Origin: Candidatus Iainarchaeum sp.
Lineage (GTDB): Archaea > B1Sed10-29 > WALL01
DNA length: 64,000 nt
Direction: 5' to 3'
Assembly: GCA_023129115.1 (NCBI GenBank)
Contig: JAGMCR010000009.1
Span: forward strand, 27,064-91,063
In this document: in pieces, positions 10,189 to 20,465 of the stretch
How positions within the stretch are numbered: the stretch's first letter is position 1
Layout: each line of letters starts with the position of its first letter
The notes under the pieces: model-generated
The model's database searches: none
What the model was told of the DNA's origin: nothing
What the model saw: the letters and a program-made list of their open reading frames with translations, nothing else
Translations under genes and position numbers: made by a program

Positions 10189-10901
10189 TACTTTCCCTTC
10201 AATGCCTTCTTTATCTCGTCCTGCGTCATCTTGACGAACTTCCTGTCCGCCGCAGAAACATAGGAAATCGCGATTGTGTCCGCCGACGCGGACTTGCCGC
10301 CCGCCCTCTTGAGCGCCTTGAGCGCCAGCTTTATCGCGTCGTCGCGCGACGCCTGGGCGCTGTACTCCTTCTCGAACAATGCCTCGACCTCTTTCTTGTT
10401 GGAGCCGATGGCCACGGCAAATACTTCGCTGAACGCGCCGCTGGGGTCTGTCTCGAAGAGCTTTGCCCCCGAGTCGTCGACGCCCATTATGAGGAGAGAC
10501 GTCCCGAACGGCCTCGTGCCGCCGTACTGCGTGTACATCTGCTTGAGGTCGCACACGTCCTTGGTGAGCACCTCGATGCGCACCGGCTCGTTGTACGCGA
10601 CTTTCTCGCGCTGCGCCTCGACGCGGGCGTAATGGATTAGCCTGCGCGCGTCGGCGACCAGGCCCGAAGTGGCTGCGCCGACGTGCTCGTCAATCTTGAA
10701 TATTTTTTCTATGGACGCTGCCTTGACGAGGCGCGTCTTAAGGTTCTTGTCTGTCGCGAGGAGCACGCCGTCGCCGTAAACAATGCCGATTGCGGTCGTG
10801 CCGCGCTTGACTGCCTCGCGGGCGTACTCTACCTGGAACAGCCTGCCGTCAGGTGAGAATACAGTGATTGCCCTATCATATGCTGAAGAAGCTGGATACA
10901 T
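10188..10901 (-). CDS. psmA: Proteasome alpha subunit
   Basis: YDRAITVFSPDGRLFQVEYA signature. Confidence 0.97.
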   Translation of the reverse strand: MYPASSAYDRAITVFSPDGRLFQVEYAREAVKRGTTAIGIVYGDGVLLATDKNLKTRLVKAASIEKIFKIDEHVGAATSGLVADARRLIHYARVEAQREKVAYNEPVRIEVLTKDVCDLKQMYTQYGGTRPFGTSLLIMGVDDSGAKLFETDPSGAFSEVFAVAIGSNKKEVEALFEKEYSAQASRDDAIKLALKALKRAGGKSASADTIAISYVSAADRKFVKMTQDEIKKALKGK

Positions 10902-10962
10902 TACTAAAACACCCCATTTTCCTTTTTTCTCTTAATTCGGCGTATATTACAATTCAAGCCCT

Positions 10963-11286
10963 TTAAATACCTTTGGCTTTCCGGATTGTCTTGAGCGTGC
11001 CGGACACGCTTAAAACCGTGATTCTCGCCTTTTCTCCCTTTATTTGGCCCACGAAGGCCAGGGCGATGAGGATATTGTCGAGCCATTCGTGGGTGCACCT
11101 GCAGATTCCAACACCCTTTTCGTACTCGATTATCGAGAAGTTGGCGCGTGCGTAGCCGTCCTCGCCGAACAGCGAGAGGACCGAGTTGCTGATGGCCTGG
11201 GAAACGTCTTTTTCAGTGGTGGGGCCGTGGACCTTGAACTCTATGTAGCGGCGCTTCTCGCGGAGAGTCGGGGGGAACGGCTTCAT
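10963..11286 (-). CDS. rnp2: RNase P protein Pop5
   Basis: PPTLREKRRYI and VSGTLK motifs. Confidence 0.9.
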   Translation of the reverse strand: MKPFPPTLREKRRYIEFKVHGPTTEKDVSQAISNSVLSLFGEDGYARANFSIIEYEKGVGICRCTHEWLDNILIALAFVGQIKGEKARITVLSVSGTLKTIRKAKGI

Positions 11287-11741
11287 TGCTGTGCCTCCAT
11301 CACGTACTCAGGCGCCTTTGAAATCGCCCACTTGGCCTGCTGGCGCGTCAGGCCGAGGAATACGCCGAATGCAATCAGTTGCTCGGGCGAGCGGAGCTCG
11401 AACTCGTCTTCCGCGCCGGAAGCAAGTATAATCCTGTTTTTCTTTTTGAGGCAGAGCTGAATCAACTTGCGGTAAGCCACAATCAAGCGAATTCTCTTGA
11501 ATTTACTTGCGTTCAAAAACTGGCGGAAAGTGACTGCGATGGCTATGTCGTTGTCCTTCGCCACTTGCAAAGTGGCGGTGTCGATTGTCATCTTGCCGCT
11601 GTCCATGGGGTCGAGGAGGACCTGGGTGCGCGAGCGCGCGATTTTTTTGTTGGCTTCCTCGGTCCCGCCCTTCGTGGACTTCACGGGCTTCGCTGGCGAA
11701 AACCCTTCTTCTTTCCTGAAGGCGAACAAGTCGTAATACAC
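11283..11741 (-). CDS. rnp3: RNase P protein Rpp30 (short form)
   Basis: LASGA..ELRSP, GLT..A..AISK.P; between rpl15e and pop5; start taken at GTG 11741. Confidence 0.8.
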   Translation of the reverse strand: MYYDLFAFRKEEGFSPAKPVKSTKGGTEEANKKIARSRTQVLLDPMDSGKMTIDTATLQVAKDNDIAIAVTFRQFLNASKFKRIRLIVAYRKLIQLCLKKKNRIILASGAEDEFELRSPEQLIAFGVFLGLTRQQAKWAISKAPEYVMEAQQ

Positions 11742-11871
11742 GCTGTTTAATGGGCAAAGGCGGCAATATAAAGGGGTACGCTTATAAAGCCCAGCACGCA
11801 GAATGGATGCTACTCGCTTAGAGTGCCGTGAATGTGGGCGCAATGCCTGAACGCGGGGGAAGTGACCAATA

Positions 11872-12447
11872 ATGGGAGCTTATAAGTACATTCAAAAGAC
11901 TATGCAGCAGGAGTACGCCAAGCGCGACGAGAACTACAAGCAGAGGCTCATCGCGATGAGGCGCGAGCCGACCGTGACCCGGCTCGAGAAGCCGACCAAC
12001 CTTGCCAGCGCCCGGAGCATCGGCTACAAGGCCAAGCAGGGCTTTGTGGTGGCGCGCGTCCGCGTCACGCGCGGGAGCGGGATGCAGACCCGCCCCAACA
12101 AGGGAAGGCGCCCGAAGCGCATGGGCGTGAACAAGCTCACGCGCGGCAAGAGCAAGCAGTCGATGGCTGAAGAGAAGGCACAGAGGAAGTTCAAGAACCT
12201 CGAGGTGCTGAACTCGTACTGGATTGCAGAAGACGGGCAGCACAAGTGGTTCGAGATAGTCATGGTCGACCCCTCGCACCCGAGCATCGCCAATGACCCC
12301 AAAGTGTCGTGGACCGCTAGCCAGCGCGGCAGGGTGTACCGCGGAAAGACTTCTGCCGGCAGGAAAGGAAGGGGCATCACCAAGCGCGGCAAGGGCACGG
12401 AGAAGACCCGGCCGAGCATCAGGAGCAAAGAGAGGAAGGGGAAGTGA
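11872..12447 (+). CDS. rpl15e: 50S ribosomal protein L15e
   Basis: MGAYKY, GYKAKQG, LEVLNSYW. Confidence 0.97.
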   Translation: MGAYKYIQKTMQQEYAKRDENYKQRLIAMRREPTVTRLEKPTNLASARSIGYKAKQGFVVARVRVTRGSGMQTRPNKGRRPKRMGVNKLTRGKSKQSMAEEKAQRKFKNLEVLNSYWIAEDGQHKWFEIVMVDPSHPSIANDPKVSWTASQRGRVYRGKTSAGRKGRGITKRGKGTEKTRPSIRSKERKGK

Positions 12448-12452
12448 TTTGA

Positions 12453-12995
12453 ATGGCAAAGAAGAGCAAAAGGCCGGCAAGCTGCTACAAGAAGCCGCCC
12501 AAGCACGCCTACACGCGGACAGCCAAAAAAGTTGTGAAGAAAGCGTTCGTGCGTGGTGTGCCCAACGTCACCATTTTCCACTTTGACATGGGGAGCTCGG
12601 GCAAGAAGTACAAGTACGTCGTGAAGCTCATTTCCAAGAACGCTGTCCAGGTCAGGCACAACGCGCTCGAGGCCACGAGGATTGTGGTGAACAGGACCCT
12701 CCAGAAGACCATCGGCCTGGAGAACTACCACTTCCAGATAAGGATTTATCCCCACCACGTCATGAGGGAAAACGCGATTATCTCCGGGGCAGGGGCAGAC
12801 CGGCTCCAGACCGGGATGAAGCACGCGTTCGGCAAGCCAATCGGCAAGGCGGCGCGCGTCAAGCGCAACCAGGCCATGATGACCATCAAGGTCAACACGA
12901 AAGCCAACACCGAGAAGGCGAGGCAGGCGTTCAAGAAAATCGTCGCCAAGCTGCCGACGGCGTGCGCAATCGTGGTGGAAGAGCTCAAGAAATGA
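12453..12995 (+). CDS. rpl10e: 50S ribosomal protein L10e (uL16)
   Basis: HNALEA.R, YPHHVMREN, AGADRLQTGMKHAFGKP. Confidence 0.97.
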   Translation: MAKKSKRPASCYKKPPKHAYTRTAKKVVKKAFVRGVPNVTIFHFDMGSSGKKYKYVVKLISKNAVQVRHNALEATRIVVNRTLQKTIGLENYHFQIRIYPHHVMRENAIISGAGADRLQTGMKHAFGKPIGKAARVKRNQAMMTIKVNTKANTEKARQAFKKIVAKLPTACAIVVEELKK

Positions 12996-13879
12996 TTCCC
13001 GAAGAAGTCGTCAGGGAGCTGAAGGGAAAAAAGAACGCGCGCGTTCTGGTCCAGCTCCCCGAGGGCCTCAAGACAAAAGCAGTCGAGATTGCTGGTGAGC
13101 TGCGGCAAAAGGGCTTCGAGCCCATTGTTTCCGGGGACCTGTGCTTCGGCGCCTGTGACCTGAAGACACTGAAGGGCGCGACGACGCTGCACGTCGGCCA
13201 CTCCGAGTTCGTGAGGCAGGAAAATGTTGTCTACTGGGAATACGATTACGGCCAGGGCCTGGTCCCCGCGGCCGAGAAGGCATTGCCGCTGTTGGGGGAG
13301 CGGGTCGGATTGTTCACCACGGTGCAGCACCTCAAGAAGATTGGAGAGGCGAAAAAGTTTCTTGAGGGAAAAGGAAAAACCGTGCTCACCGCCGCAGGAA
13401 AAACGACGCGCGACTACCAGATACTCGGGTGCGACGCCGCGGGCGCGGTGAAGATAAAGGGCGGGGTCGACTCTTTCCTTTACATCGGCGGCGGAAGGTT
13501 CCACCCGATTGCGATTGCATATTACACTGGGAAGCCCGTGGTTGCAATTGACCCGTTTTCCCTCGAGCTGCAGGAAATCGATTCCGCGGTTTGGGAAAAA
13601 GACCGCGCGCTGCGGCAGACCAAGGCCATGAACGCAAGTAGTTACGGAATACTTGTTTCTTCCAAGCCCGGCCAGAAGAACTGGAACCTCGCGGAAACAA
13701 TAAAGAAAAAGCTTGAGTCGGCTGGAAAGGAAACGCTCGTCATTTATCTTGAGAACATTACTCCAGACACTTTGCTGCCGTACGGCGTGGACGCCTTCGT
13801 TGTTACTGCGTGCCCCCGCATCGTTGTCGACGACTGGAAGAGCTACAAGAAGGCAGTGCTGCTCCCGGAGGAAGTGTAA
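12992..13879 (+). CDS. dph2: Diphthamide biosynthesis enzyme Dph2
   Basis: VQLPEGLK, CFGACD, HVGHS, QILGC, GGRFH, TACPR. Confidence 0.93.
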   Translation: MIPEEVVRELKGKKNARVLVQLPEGLKTKAVEIAGELRQKGFEPIVSGDLCFGACDLKTLKGATTLHVGHSEFVRQENVVYWEYDYGQGLVPAAEKALPLLGERVGLFTTVQHLKKIGEAKKFLEGKGKTVLTAAGKTTRDYQILGCDAAGAVKIKGGVDSFLYIGGGRFHPIAIAYYTGKPVVAIDPFSLELQEIDSAVWEKDRALRQTKAMNASSYGILVSSKPGQKNWNLAETIKKKLESAGKETLVIYLENITPDTLLPYGVDAFVVTACPRIVVDDWKSYKKAVLLPEEV

Positions 13880-14733
13880 TGCTTGGCTGGTTCGGGTTCG
13901 CCGTCCTGGCGATGTCGCTCTACGCAATCCAGAACTTTCTCTCCAAGGGCGCGATGGAAAAGAAGTGCAACTCGGCCACTGTCATGTCCATCTTCTTCGC
14001 CACTGCGGGGCTGTTGGCCGCCGGGGCAATGCTCGTCACGGGAGAGGCGTGGGCCAACAGCTGGACCGTGTTCCTCGCTTTGGCCGTCATCAACGGCTCC
14101 TGCTTTCTCATGGGCTCGATAGCCCGGCTTGAGGCGCTGAAGTACCTGCCGCTCATCATGGTCTATCCCATGAAAAAAATGGACGTCGCCATCATCGCTG
14201 TGGTGGGGCTGCTGTTTTTCGGCGAGGCCTTGTCGCTGGCCCAGGGCATTGGGGTGGTGCTGGCGATTGCGGTAATCTGGGTCCTCGCCATGGACAAAAA
14301 AGCCGAAAAGCCAAAGGACTTCAGGAAGGGAATCGTGCTGGTCGGGATTGCGATACTCTTTTTTACAGTTACCGATGTCGTGCTGAAGCCTGCCGCGAGC
14401 GAGGGGAGTATCTACATGTTCATTGTGGTGGCGTACGGCCTGATGCTTTTGCCGTCCCTCCTGCTGCAGAAGAGGCTTGGCAAGGACAGGAGCGCCTCGC
14501 TCGAGACGACGCTGAAGTGGGGCGTGGCGATTGGCGTGGTGAACTTTTTCGCGATTACTGCATTGCTCACGTCACTAATGGATGGGCCGCTGTCCATAGT
14601 GTTCCCGATTACTGCGCTCGCCGTCCCGCTCGCGGGGGCGCTGAGTGTTGTGTTCTACAAGGAAAAGCTCACGGTGAACCGCATCGTCGGGGTGCTGCTC
14701 GCGGTCGCCGTGCTCGTGCTGATGAGCATGTAG
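13879..14733 (+). CDS. EamA/DMT-family transporter
   Basis: About 10 TM segments in two repeats; GPLSIVFPI, FYKEKLT..I.G. Confidence 0.85.
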   Translation: MLGWFGFAVLAMSLYAIQNFLSKGAMEKKCNSATVMSIFFATAGLLAAGAMLVTGEAWANSWTVFLALAVINGSCFLMGSIARLEALKYLPLIMVYPMKKMDVAIIAVVGLLFFGEALSLAQGIGVVLAIAVIWVLAMDKKAEKPKDFRKGIVLVGIAILFFTVTDVVLKPAASEGSIYMFIVVAYGLMLLPSLLLQKRLGKDRSASLETTLKWGVAIGVVNFFAITALLTSLMDGPLSIVFPITALAVPLAGALSVVFYKEKLTVNRIVGVLLAVAVLVLMSM

Positions 14734-14765
14734 TAATTTAAACCGAGCCGCCCCTTTTTGTTTTC

Positions 14766-15242
14766 GTGAAAAAAGAAATCATCGCAGTGCTTGTGCTGCT
14801 GGCCATGGCATGGCTCAGCATGCCCCAGCTGGACCACCACGTTGAGCCGTGGCTCGACACCGTGGTGCTTCCGGGCGAAGTCGAGGCAGCGCGCTGGGTG
14901 AAAAACAATGTCGACGGCCTGTTTCTCGCGGGAATCTTCGGCGGGGAGCTCGTAATGGGCATCGCAAGCCAGCCGTCGCTCGTCGGCGGCGACTGGGCCG
15001 CTAACATTAATTCGCCCAAGCAAATGAGCGACATGGACGAGTTTTATAAGACGGATTCTGCGGATAAAGCAGAAGAAATCTGGCGCAACTACAACGCGAG
15101 CTACGCCTGGTTCCCGGCGCGCCAGGTCTACGCCGGCTACGGGTGGATAGGCGCCAACGAGGAAAAGATGAGTGACCCGCGGTTCGAGGTCGTGTACACA
15201 AACCCGGAGGTGAGGGTATACAAATTAAGCGAGAGCACATAG
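14766..15242 (+). CDS. Membrane-anchored extracellular protein resembling the soluble C-terminal domain of GT-C glycosyltransferases
   Basis: N-terminal TM; E..AARWVKNN, A..I.RNYNASY and FEVVYTNPEVRVYK patterns. Confidence 0.55.
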   Translation: MKKEIIAVLVLLAMAWLSMPQLDHHVEPWLDTVVLPGEVEAARWVKNNVDGLFLAGIFGGELVMGIASQPSLVGGDWAANINSPKQMSDMDEFYKTDSADKAEEIWRNYNASYAWFPARQVYAGYGWIGANEEKMSDPRFEVVYTNPEVRVYKLSEST

Positions 15243-15256
15243 CACTCGCCGCCGCA

Positions 15257-16174
15257 ATGCTGTTCGGCATCTGGTACCGGCTTAAGGCGCTCGAGGGGCT
15301 GGTGCACCCGACGTACGGCAACACGATGTACCACACCGGCATCATCAGGGCAATCGTCGAGACCGGTTTTATGCCCGTGTATGACCTGTCGTACGGCGGG
15401 TTTACCAAGAGCTTTTACGTGCCGGCGTACCGGCTGTTCACAGCGTCGGTCTCGAGCCTTTCCGGCACCGACCCAATTGTCTCGGCGGGGCTGATGGTCG
15501 TCGCGCTCGGCGCAGTATCGATATGCGCAATTTACCTGCTCGGGAAGGAGTTCGGCGGGCCGTGGGCAGGGGCTTGCTGTGCAATACTGTTCGTGCTGTC
15601 GCCCGAATTAACGATATACACGATAAGGCCGTTCCCCGAAGTGCTTGGCGTGCCCATGCTCTTGCTGGCGCTTTACTTCGTGAAGAAGCAGGACCTCGGG
15701 ATGGCCGTGCTTGCCTCGGTATTGACCGCACTCACGCACCAAACCAGCGCGGCGGTCCTCGGCTCGGTGCTGCTCGTCTATTCCGTGCTGGCGAGGGACA
15801 AAAAAGCTGCGGTGGCATTGCTCTCGATGTTCGTGGCGTACTTTGCGTGGCAGCTCTACGCGCTCAACAGCCTAGACATATTTAGCATGAGGCAGATTGC
15901 TCTCAAGGAAAGCGGGAAAATCACGCTGATGCACGTCGAGCGGATTGGGTTGTTTGCATTGCTGGCCGCGCCAATCGGCGCGATAAAAGCGGTGAAGAAA
16001 AGGCATTGGCTGCTCGCGTCGTTCGCAATCGCGGCGCTGCTGCTGGCGAAGAACGAGTGGCTAGGCATCGGGATATTCAACGACCGGCTCTTTACTTTCC
16101 TCGCGCTTGCGGTCGTTGTGCTTGGGGGCGTCGGCCTCGCAGAGCTGGGGAAGATGTGGGGTGAGGCAAAGTGA
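15257..16174 (+). CDS. Polytopic membrane protein, PMT/GT-C glycosyltransferase-like
   Basis: YH....RAI.ETG, YVPAY, IYLLGKE, LTHQT, many TMs; true start may lie a few codons upstream. Confidence 0.65.
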   Translation: MLFGIWYRLKALEGLVHPTYGNTMYHTGIIRAIVETGFMPVYDLSYGGFTKSFYVPAYRLFTASVSSLSGTDPIVSAGLMVVALGAVSICAIYLLGKEFGGPWAGACCAILFVLSPELTIYTIRPFPEVLGVPMLLLALYFVKKQDLGMAVLASVLTALTHQTSAAVLGSVLLVYSVLARDKKAAVALLSMFVAYFAWQLYALNSLDIFSMRQIALKESGKITLMHVERIGLFALLAAPIGAIKAVKKRHWLLASFAIAALLLAKNEWLGIGIFNDRLFTFLALAVVVLGGVGLAELGKMWGEAK

Positions 16175-16428
16175 ACATTGGTGTGCTGGAGTTCGCCTCG
16201 TTCGCCGCGGCGTTCGCGTTTTTGTTCCTCGCGCCGGGTTATGCTTTACTGCGGAAGAAAAAATACGCGCTGCCGGAACTGGCCGCGAGGGCGTTTGCAA
16301 TAAGCGCCGGAGTCGTGCTCGTGGAGAGCTTTTTGCTGGCGTCATTCGTCGGGCTGAGTGCTTTGTCGCTGGCGGTTGTGGTCGGGGCCACGGCTATGCT
16401 ATTTTTCCGGTCTGCCAGTCCCGGATAA
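16171..16428 (+). CDS. Small membrane protein (DUF1616-like N-terminus)
   Basis: FLFLAPGYAL...E..A.AFAIS pattern, 3 TMs, overlaps upstream stop. Confidence 0.6.
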   Translation: MNIGVLEFASFAAAFAFLFLAPGYALLRKKKYALPELAARAFAISAGVVLVESFLLASFVGLSALSLAVVVGATAMLFFRSASPG

Positions 16429-17098
16429 GGCGCTTTGCGGCGCGGTCAAGGTCGAGCTCTGCGCCCTTGCGCAGCATCATCCACTTGCCGGCAAGCTCTT
16501 CGAGCTGCTCGTAGGGCTCGTCGAACGGCTCGGCCGTGTAGGCCTTCGCGATTTTTTGGGGGCCAAGCGTTCTGATGAGCTTCATGGCTGCGCCGATTGG
16601 GTCCTTCAGCTTCGTGACGTCATAGGCGCCCTTGATGGCGAGCTTTGCCTCGTCCTCGTCGCGCGGGATTATGCCGGGCGAGTCGAGCAGGACCACGCGC
16701 TTCGTGACGCGGAGCCACTGCTTTCCGCGCGTGAAGCCTGGCTTGCTGGACGTCTTTGCCTTGCCGCCCAGCGCGTTTATTACGGTGCTTTTGCCGGTGT
16801 TGGCGTAGCCCACCAGCCCAGCTTTTATTTTTTCTTTGCCCGGGAGGCACAAGTGGATTAGCGAGCGGAGCTCGCGCGTGCCCTGGCGCTTCTTGGCGCT
16901 CATCAGGACGACGCGGCCGCTCGGGACTTTGGTCTCCTTCACGAGGTCCATTTTGTTGACGACGAGCAGGAGTACTTTGCCCTTGCGGCGGACGAGGCCC
17001 TCGAGCTTTCTCGAGCGCGTGCCCTCGACGTCCCTGGCGTCCACTACCTCGATTATTACGTCGCACTCGTCGATGACTTCGCGCACGTGGCGGTTCAT
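16394..17098 (-). CDS. Circularly permuted GTPase, YlqF/RbgA family
   Basis: DAR, NKMD, GYANTGKS, DSPG in G4-G5-G1-G3 order. Confidence 0.92.
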   Translation of the reverse strand: MNRHVREVIDECDVIIEVVDARDVEGTRSRKLEGLVRRKGKVLLLVVNKMDLVKETKVPSGRVVLMSAKKRQGTRELRSLIHLCLPGKEKIKAGLVGYANTGKSTVINALGGKAKTSSKPGFTRGKQWLRVTKRVVLLDSPGIIPRDEDEAKLAIKGAYDVTKLKDPIGAAMKLIRTLGPQKIAKAYTAEPFDEPYEQLEELAGKWMMLRKGAELDLDRAAKRLIRDWQTGKIA

Positions 17099-17179
17099 GC
17101 GTTAGTTCACCACGGGGTGGAATAAAAGAGTAGGTGCCAATCAGCGACTGGGAGTTGCTGGGATAAACGGGGTTGAGAC

Positions 17180-18166
17180 TTACTCCTCAAGGAGCTTATT
17201 TACAAACTTAACGAGGAATTCTGAGGCTTGACGGGCTGTTTCACGGTTTTCTTTGTTTAACTTTTGGGCTCCAGCGTAGCCAAGCGAGCAACTGCTGCAG
17301 AAACAGCCACTCCGCTCCAGTCCATTGTAGTATTCCTCAACTTCTTTCGGCGTAAACTCTGATTGCTCTACCTTTGATGGCCGCGTGAGCACTTCCATAA
17401 ACATATCCGCAGGCGGACACGGCGCTAAGTTCTCCGCGGGCTTTATCTCCAACGAGTCTTTTAGTGACTTCGCAACCTTGCGGTGTTCTTCTTTATCTGT
17501 AAGTAACTCAAACGGTGGCTTGTTTTCATCAAAAGAGAATCTAGGGTCCCCGTGAACATCAATGTAGTGTTCAGGCCTCATAAGGTAATACACGACGTGA
17601 TGAATTTCAGGGCGGTCGTACCCCTCAGACGGGATGATATTTTCTTTTATCAGCTCTTCCTCAGCCCGTGTCATCGCTTCCGCGTCTGGCTTAAGCCCAA
17701 TCACTCCTTTTTCCACTAACTCTCTTGGCGTGGCACTCATTAGCCCTTTGTCCACCCATCTTTGGTATTTTTCTTCTGACTCACCATACCCCAACTGCTT
17801 CAGGACCTCGTCGGTCGGAACTGGCTTACTGTACTTGCGTGCTCTTGAATTGATTAATGCGTCTCTGTGGATATCACAAACACCGTTCAGCTCAATGAAA
17901 CCCACTTCTTTTTTGTCCTCAAGATTCTTGCGTGCGAGCATAGCGGTAAGCTTACCAATTTTCTCATTAAGGTGAACGCCATACTGCAAGACTACCTTTT
18001 TGCCAGCTAAGCCAACGAGCTGACGAAGGATGTCTCGATCCACTTCATTTTTGGGCTTACCCATCTCACCAATAATGAGCTTGCGTAGCTCCTTTGGCGT
18101 AGCTTCCTTTGGGAAACCAGGAAAACGCCCGCGCAAGAACTCTTGGTGTCTTTCTCCCTTGGCCAT
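17180..18166 (-). CDS. Hypothetical protein
   Basis: 328-aa ORF, lower GC than flanks; H.D and IDVH motifs; no confident family. Confidence 0.6.
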   Translation of the reverse strand: MAKGERHQEFLRGRFPGFPKEATPKELRKLIIGEMGKPKNEVDRDILRQLVGLAGKKVVLQYGVHLNEKIGKLTAMLARKNLEDKKEVGFIELNGVCDIHRDALINSRARKYSKPVPTDEVLKQLGYGESEEKYQRWVDKGLMSATPRELVEKGVIGLKPDAEAMTRAEEELIKENIIPSEGYDRPEIHHVVYYLMRPEHYIDVHGDPRFSFDENKPPFELLTDKEEHRKVAKSLKDSLEIKPAENLAPCPPADMFMEVLTRPSKVEQSEFTPKEVEEYYNGLERSGCFCSSCSLGYAGAQKLNKENRETARQASEFLVKFVNKLLEE

Positions 18167-18197
18167 GCTACACTATTGTGCAGGTTGGAATAAAAGG

Positions 18198-18935
18198 TTA
18201 GATGCCAAGCAGTGGTTGGAACACTGGATACGGCTTTTTCGCTGTTGGGGGCTCCTTGCCTCCAGTGACGAGTGCGGGATAGTTTTCCATTAGTTCTTCC
18301 ACGCCGCCGTCGGCGTAGTTCACTTCGTGGCCGATGCTCCACTCCTCAATGAGCGGGCTTTTTTCCCCGAGGATGTCGAGCGTGCAGCCGCGCTTCATCA
18401 TCATCCACCCCGCGCGCTGTGCGTCTTTGGAGTCGTTCAAGAGCAAAAGCCTCCCGGAGGTGCCGAGCGGCAGGCCGCCGGGGCCGCGAATGGTTTCCGT
18501 GAATACATAGACTACGTCCTCGAAGACTTCCACGAATACTTCCTGGTCGGGCTTGGACAAGTTTACCTTGTTTCCCTTCGCCTCGACGACCGCGCTGCCG
18601 AGCTCCACCGCGATTTCCTGGCTTGTCTTGGGAAAGCCCTTGAACGGCCGGTTGACGCGCAGCGCGAAAGTTCCCTCGTGCACCAGGGGCACGACTGCTT
18701 TCTTCATTTCTTCGAGTGTTGGCTCGCACGTTGTCACAGGGGAATAGGAAACGATGCCGAATATCTTTCCGATGGCCTCGCCGCTTTTGTCTTCGACAAG
18801 TATCCTGCCGCGGCGCCGCGTTATTTTCGCGCCGGGCATTCCGGCCTGGAGGTTCGCGATTAGCCGCTGCTCGAATCGCTTCTTCACCGGCTCGGACTTC
18901 AGGAACAGCTCGCCGTAGCGGACGAGGAACAGCAT
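18198..18935 (-). CDS. THUMP-domain ThiI-like protein with degenerate PP-loop
   Basis: [35 protein letters not shown]; SGGxDS missing. Confidence 0.8.
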   Translation of the reverse strand: MLFLVRYGELFLKSEPVKKRFEQRLIANLQAGMPGAKITRRRGRILVEDKSGEAIGKIFGIVSYSPVTTCEPTLEEMKKAVVPLVHEGTFALRVNRPFKGFPKTSQEIAVELGSAVVEAKGNKVNLSKPDQEVFVEVFEDVVYVFTETIRGPGGLPLGTSGRLLLLNDSKDAQRAGWMMMKRGCTLDILGEKSPLIEEWSIGHEVNYADGGVEELMENYPALVTGGKEPPTAKKPYPVFQPLLGI

Positions 18936-19000
18936 CGGTCTTGTTTTGGAGTCCGGGTTTTATAAAGTGGGGAGTCGATAAAGCCCCGCGAGGGATAACA

Positions 19001-19888
19001 ATGCCTAACACTAAACATGGGACACAGGGCCTGAAGCGCGGCTTCGCGAAAATGGTCAAGAACGGCGTGATAATGGACGTCACAACGCCGGAACAGGCAA
19101 AGCTCGCAGAAAAAGCGGGCGCAGTCGCAGTGATGGCGCTGGAAAAAGTCCCTGCGGACATCCGGGCCGCCGGGGGAGTGGCGAGGATGGCCGACCCCGC
19201 AATCGTGGGCAAGATAGTGAGGGCCGTCACGATTCCAGTAATGGCGAAGGCCCGGATTGGGCACCTGGCAGAGGCCCAGGTCCTGGAAACATGCGGCGTT
19301 GACATGATTGACGAAAGCGAGGTCCTGACCCCGGTGGACGAAGAGCACATCGACAAGGCCAAGTTCACAATACCGTTTGTGTGCGGCGCGAGAAACCTGG
19401 GCGAGGCATTGAGGAGAATCAGCGAAGGCGCCGCCATGATAAGGACCAAGGGCGAGCCCGGCACGGGCGACGTGGCAGAAGCGGTCAGGCACATGAAGCT
19501 GATGAACAAACAGATTGCCGCACTCAAGGGGAAGGGCGCGGCTTTCCTGAAGAAGAAGGCGAAGGAATACCGTGTGAGCGTAAGGCTGGTCAAGGAAGTG
19601 GCAAGGCTCCAGAGGCTCCCCGTCGTCAACTTTGCTGCCGGTGGGATTGCGACGCCTGCCGACGCGGCATTGATGATGCAGCTCGGCGCGGACGGCGTGT
19701 TTGTCGGCTCCGGAATCTTCAAGTCAAACAACCCACAGAAAATGGCGAAGGCAATCGTGGAAGCGACCATGAACTACAACCAGCCCGAAGTCGTTGCGCG
19801 GGTCTCAAGAAACCTTGGCGAGGCAATGAAGGGCACTGAGGCAAAGAAGCTTCAGGAAAGCGACAAGATGCAGGCCAGGAGCAGCTAG
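19001..19888 (+). CDS. pdxS: PLP synthase subunit PdxS
   Basis: [33 protein letters not shown]. Confidence 0.97.
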   Translation: MPNTKHGTQGLKRGFAKMVKNGVIMDVTTPEQAKLAEKAGAVAVMALEKVPADIRAAGGVARMADPAIVGKIVRAVTIPVMAKARIGHLAEAQVLETCGVDMIDESEVLTPVDEEHIDKAKFTIPFVCGARNLGEALRRISEGAAMIRTKGEPGTGDVAEAVRHMKLMNKQIAALKGKGAAFLKKKAKEYRVSVRLVKEVARLQRLPVVNFAAGGIATPADAALMMQLGADGVFVGSGIFKSNNPQKMAKAIVEATMNYNQPEVVARVSRNLGEAMKGTEAKKLQESDKMQARSS

Positions 19889-20464
19889 ATGCTTGTAGGT
19901 GTTCTGGCGGTCCAGGGCGCGATAGCAGAGCACGTGCAGGCGCTCGAGAAAGCGGGGGCTTCTGCCCTTAAGGTGGAGAACAGGCAGGCGCTCGAGCGGG
20001 TTGACGCGCTCGTGATACCCGGCGGGGAGAGCACCACAATAGGCAGGCTCATCGGGGAGTATGGGCTATACACTGCAATCAGGAAAAGGGCAGCCGCGGG
20101 CATGCCGATAATGGGGACGTGCGCCGGGCTAATCCTGCTCGCGAAAGAGGGAGACAAGGACGTCCAGAGGACAAACCAAAAGCTGCTCGGGCTGATGGAC
20201 ACGAGGATAGCGAGGAACGCGTTCGGGGGGCAGCGCGAGTCTTTTGAGGCCATGCTAGAGATTCCCGTGATTGGCAGGAAGAAGTTCCGCGGGGTATTCA
20301 TAAGGGCGCCCACGATAGAAAAGGCGGGCGAGGGAGTGGAAGTGATTTCCCGCTTCGAAGACAGGATTGTGGCGGCGCGGCAGGGCAGCCTGTTGGCGCT
20401 GTCGTTCCACCCAGAGCTCACCGCGGACACTAGGCTGCACAAATACTTTTTGGGAATGATTTAG
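19889..20464 (+). CDS. pdxT: PLP synthase glutaminase subunit PdxT
   Basis: GVLAVQG, PGGESTT, GTCAG, FHPEL. Confidence 0.97.
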   Translation: MLVGVLAVQGAIAEHVQALEKAGASALKVENRQALERVDALVIPGGESTTIGRLIGEYGLYTAIRKRAAAGMPIMGTCAGLILLAKEGDKDVQRTNQKLLGLMDTRIARNAFGGQRESFEAMLEIPVIGRKKFRGVFIRAPTIEKAGEGVEVISRFEDRIVAARQGSLLALSFHPELTADTRLHKYFLGMI

Positions 20465-20465
20465 G

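Noticed and set aside
17141-17160. Small hairpin cagcgact-ggg-agttgctg
   Set aside because: Single short stem with no T-tract or other copies; insufficient support.
18346-19770. Long antisense/alternate-frame ORFs (474 aa here; also 12746-13927, 47514-48596, 59271-60377)
   Set aside because: Shadows of well-supported genes in GC-rich DNA with no motifs of their own.
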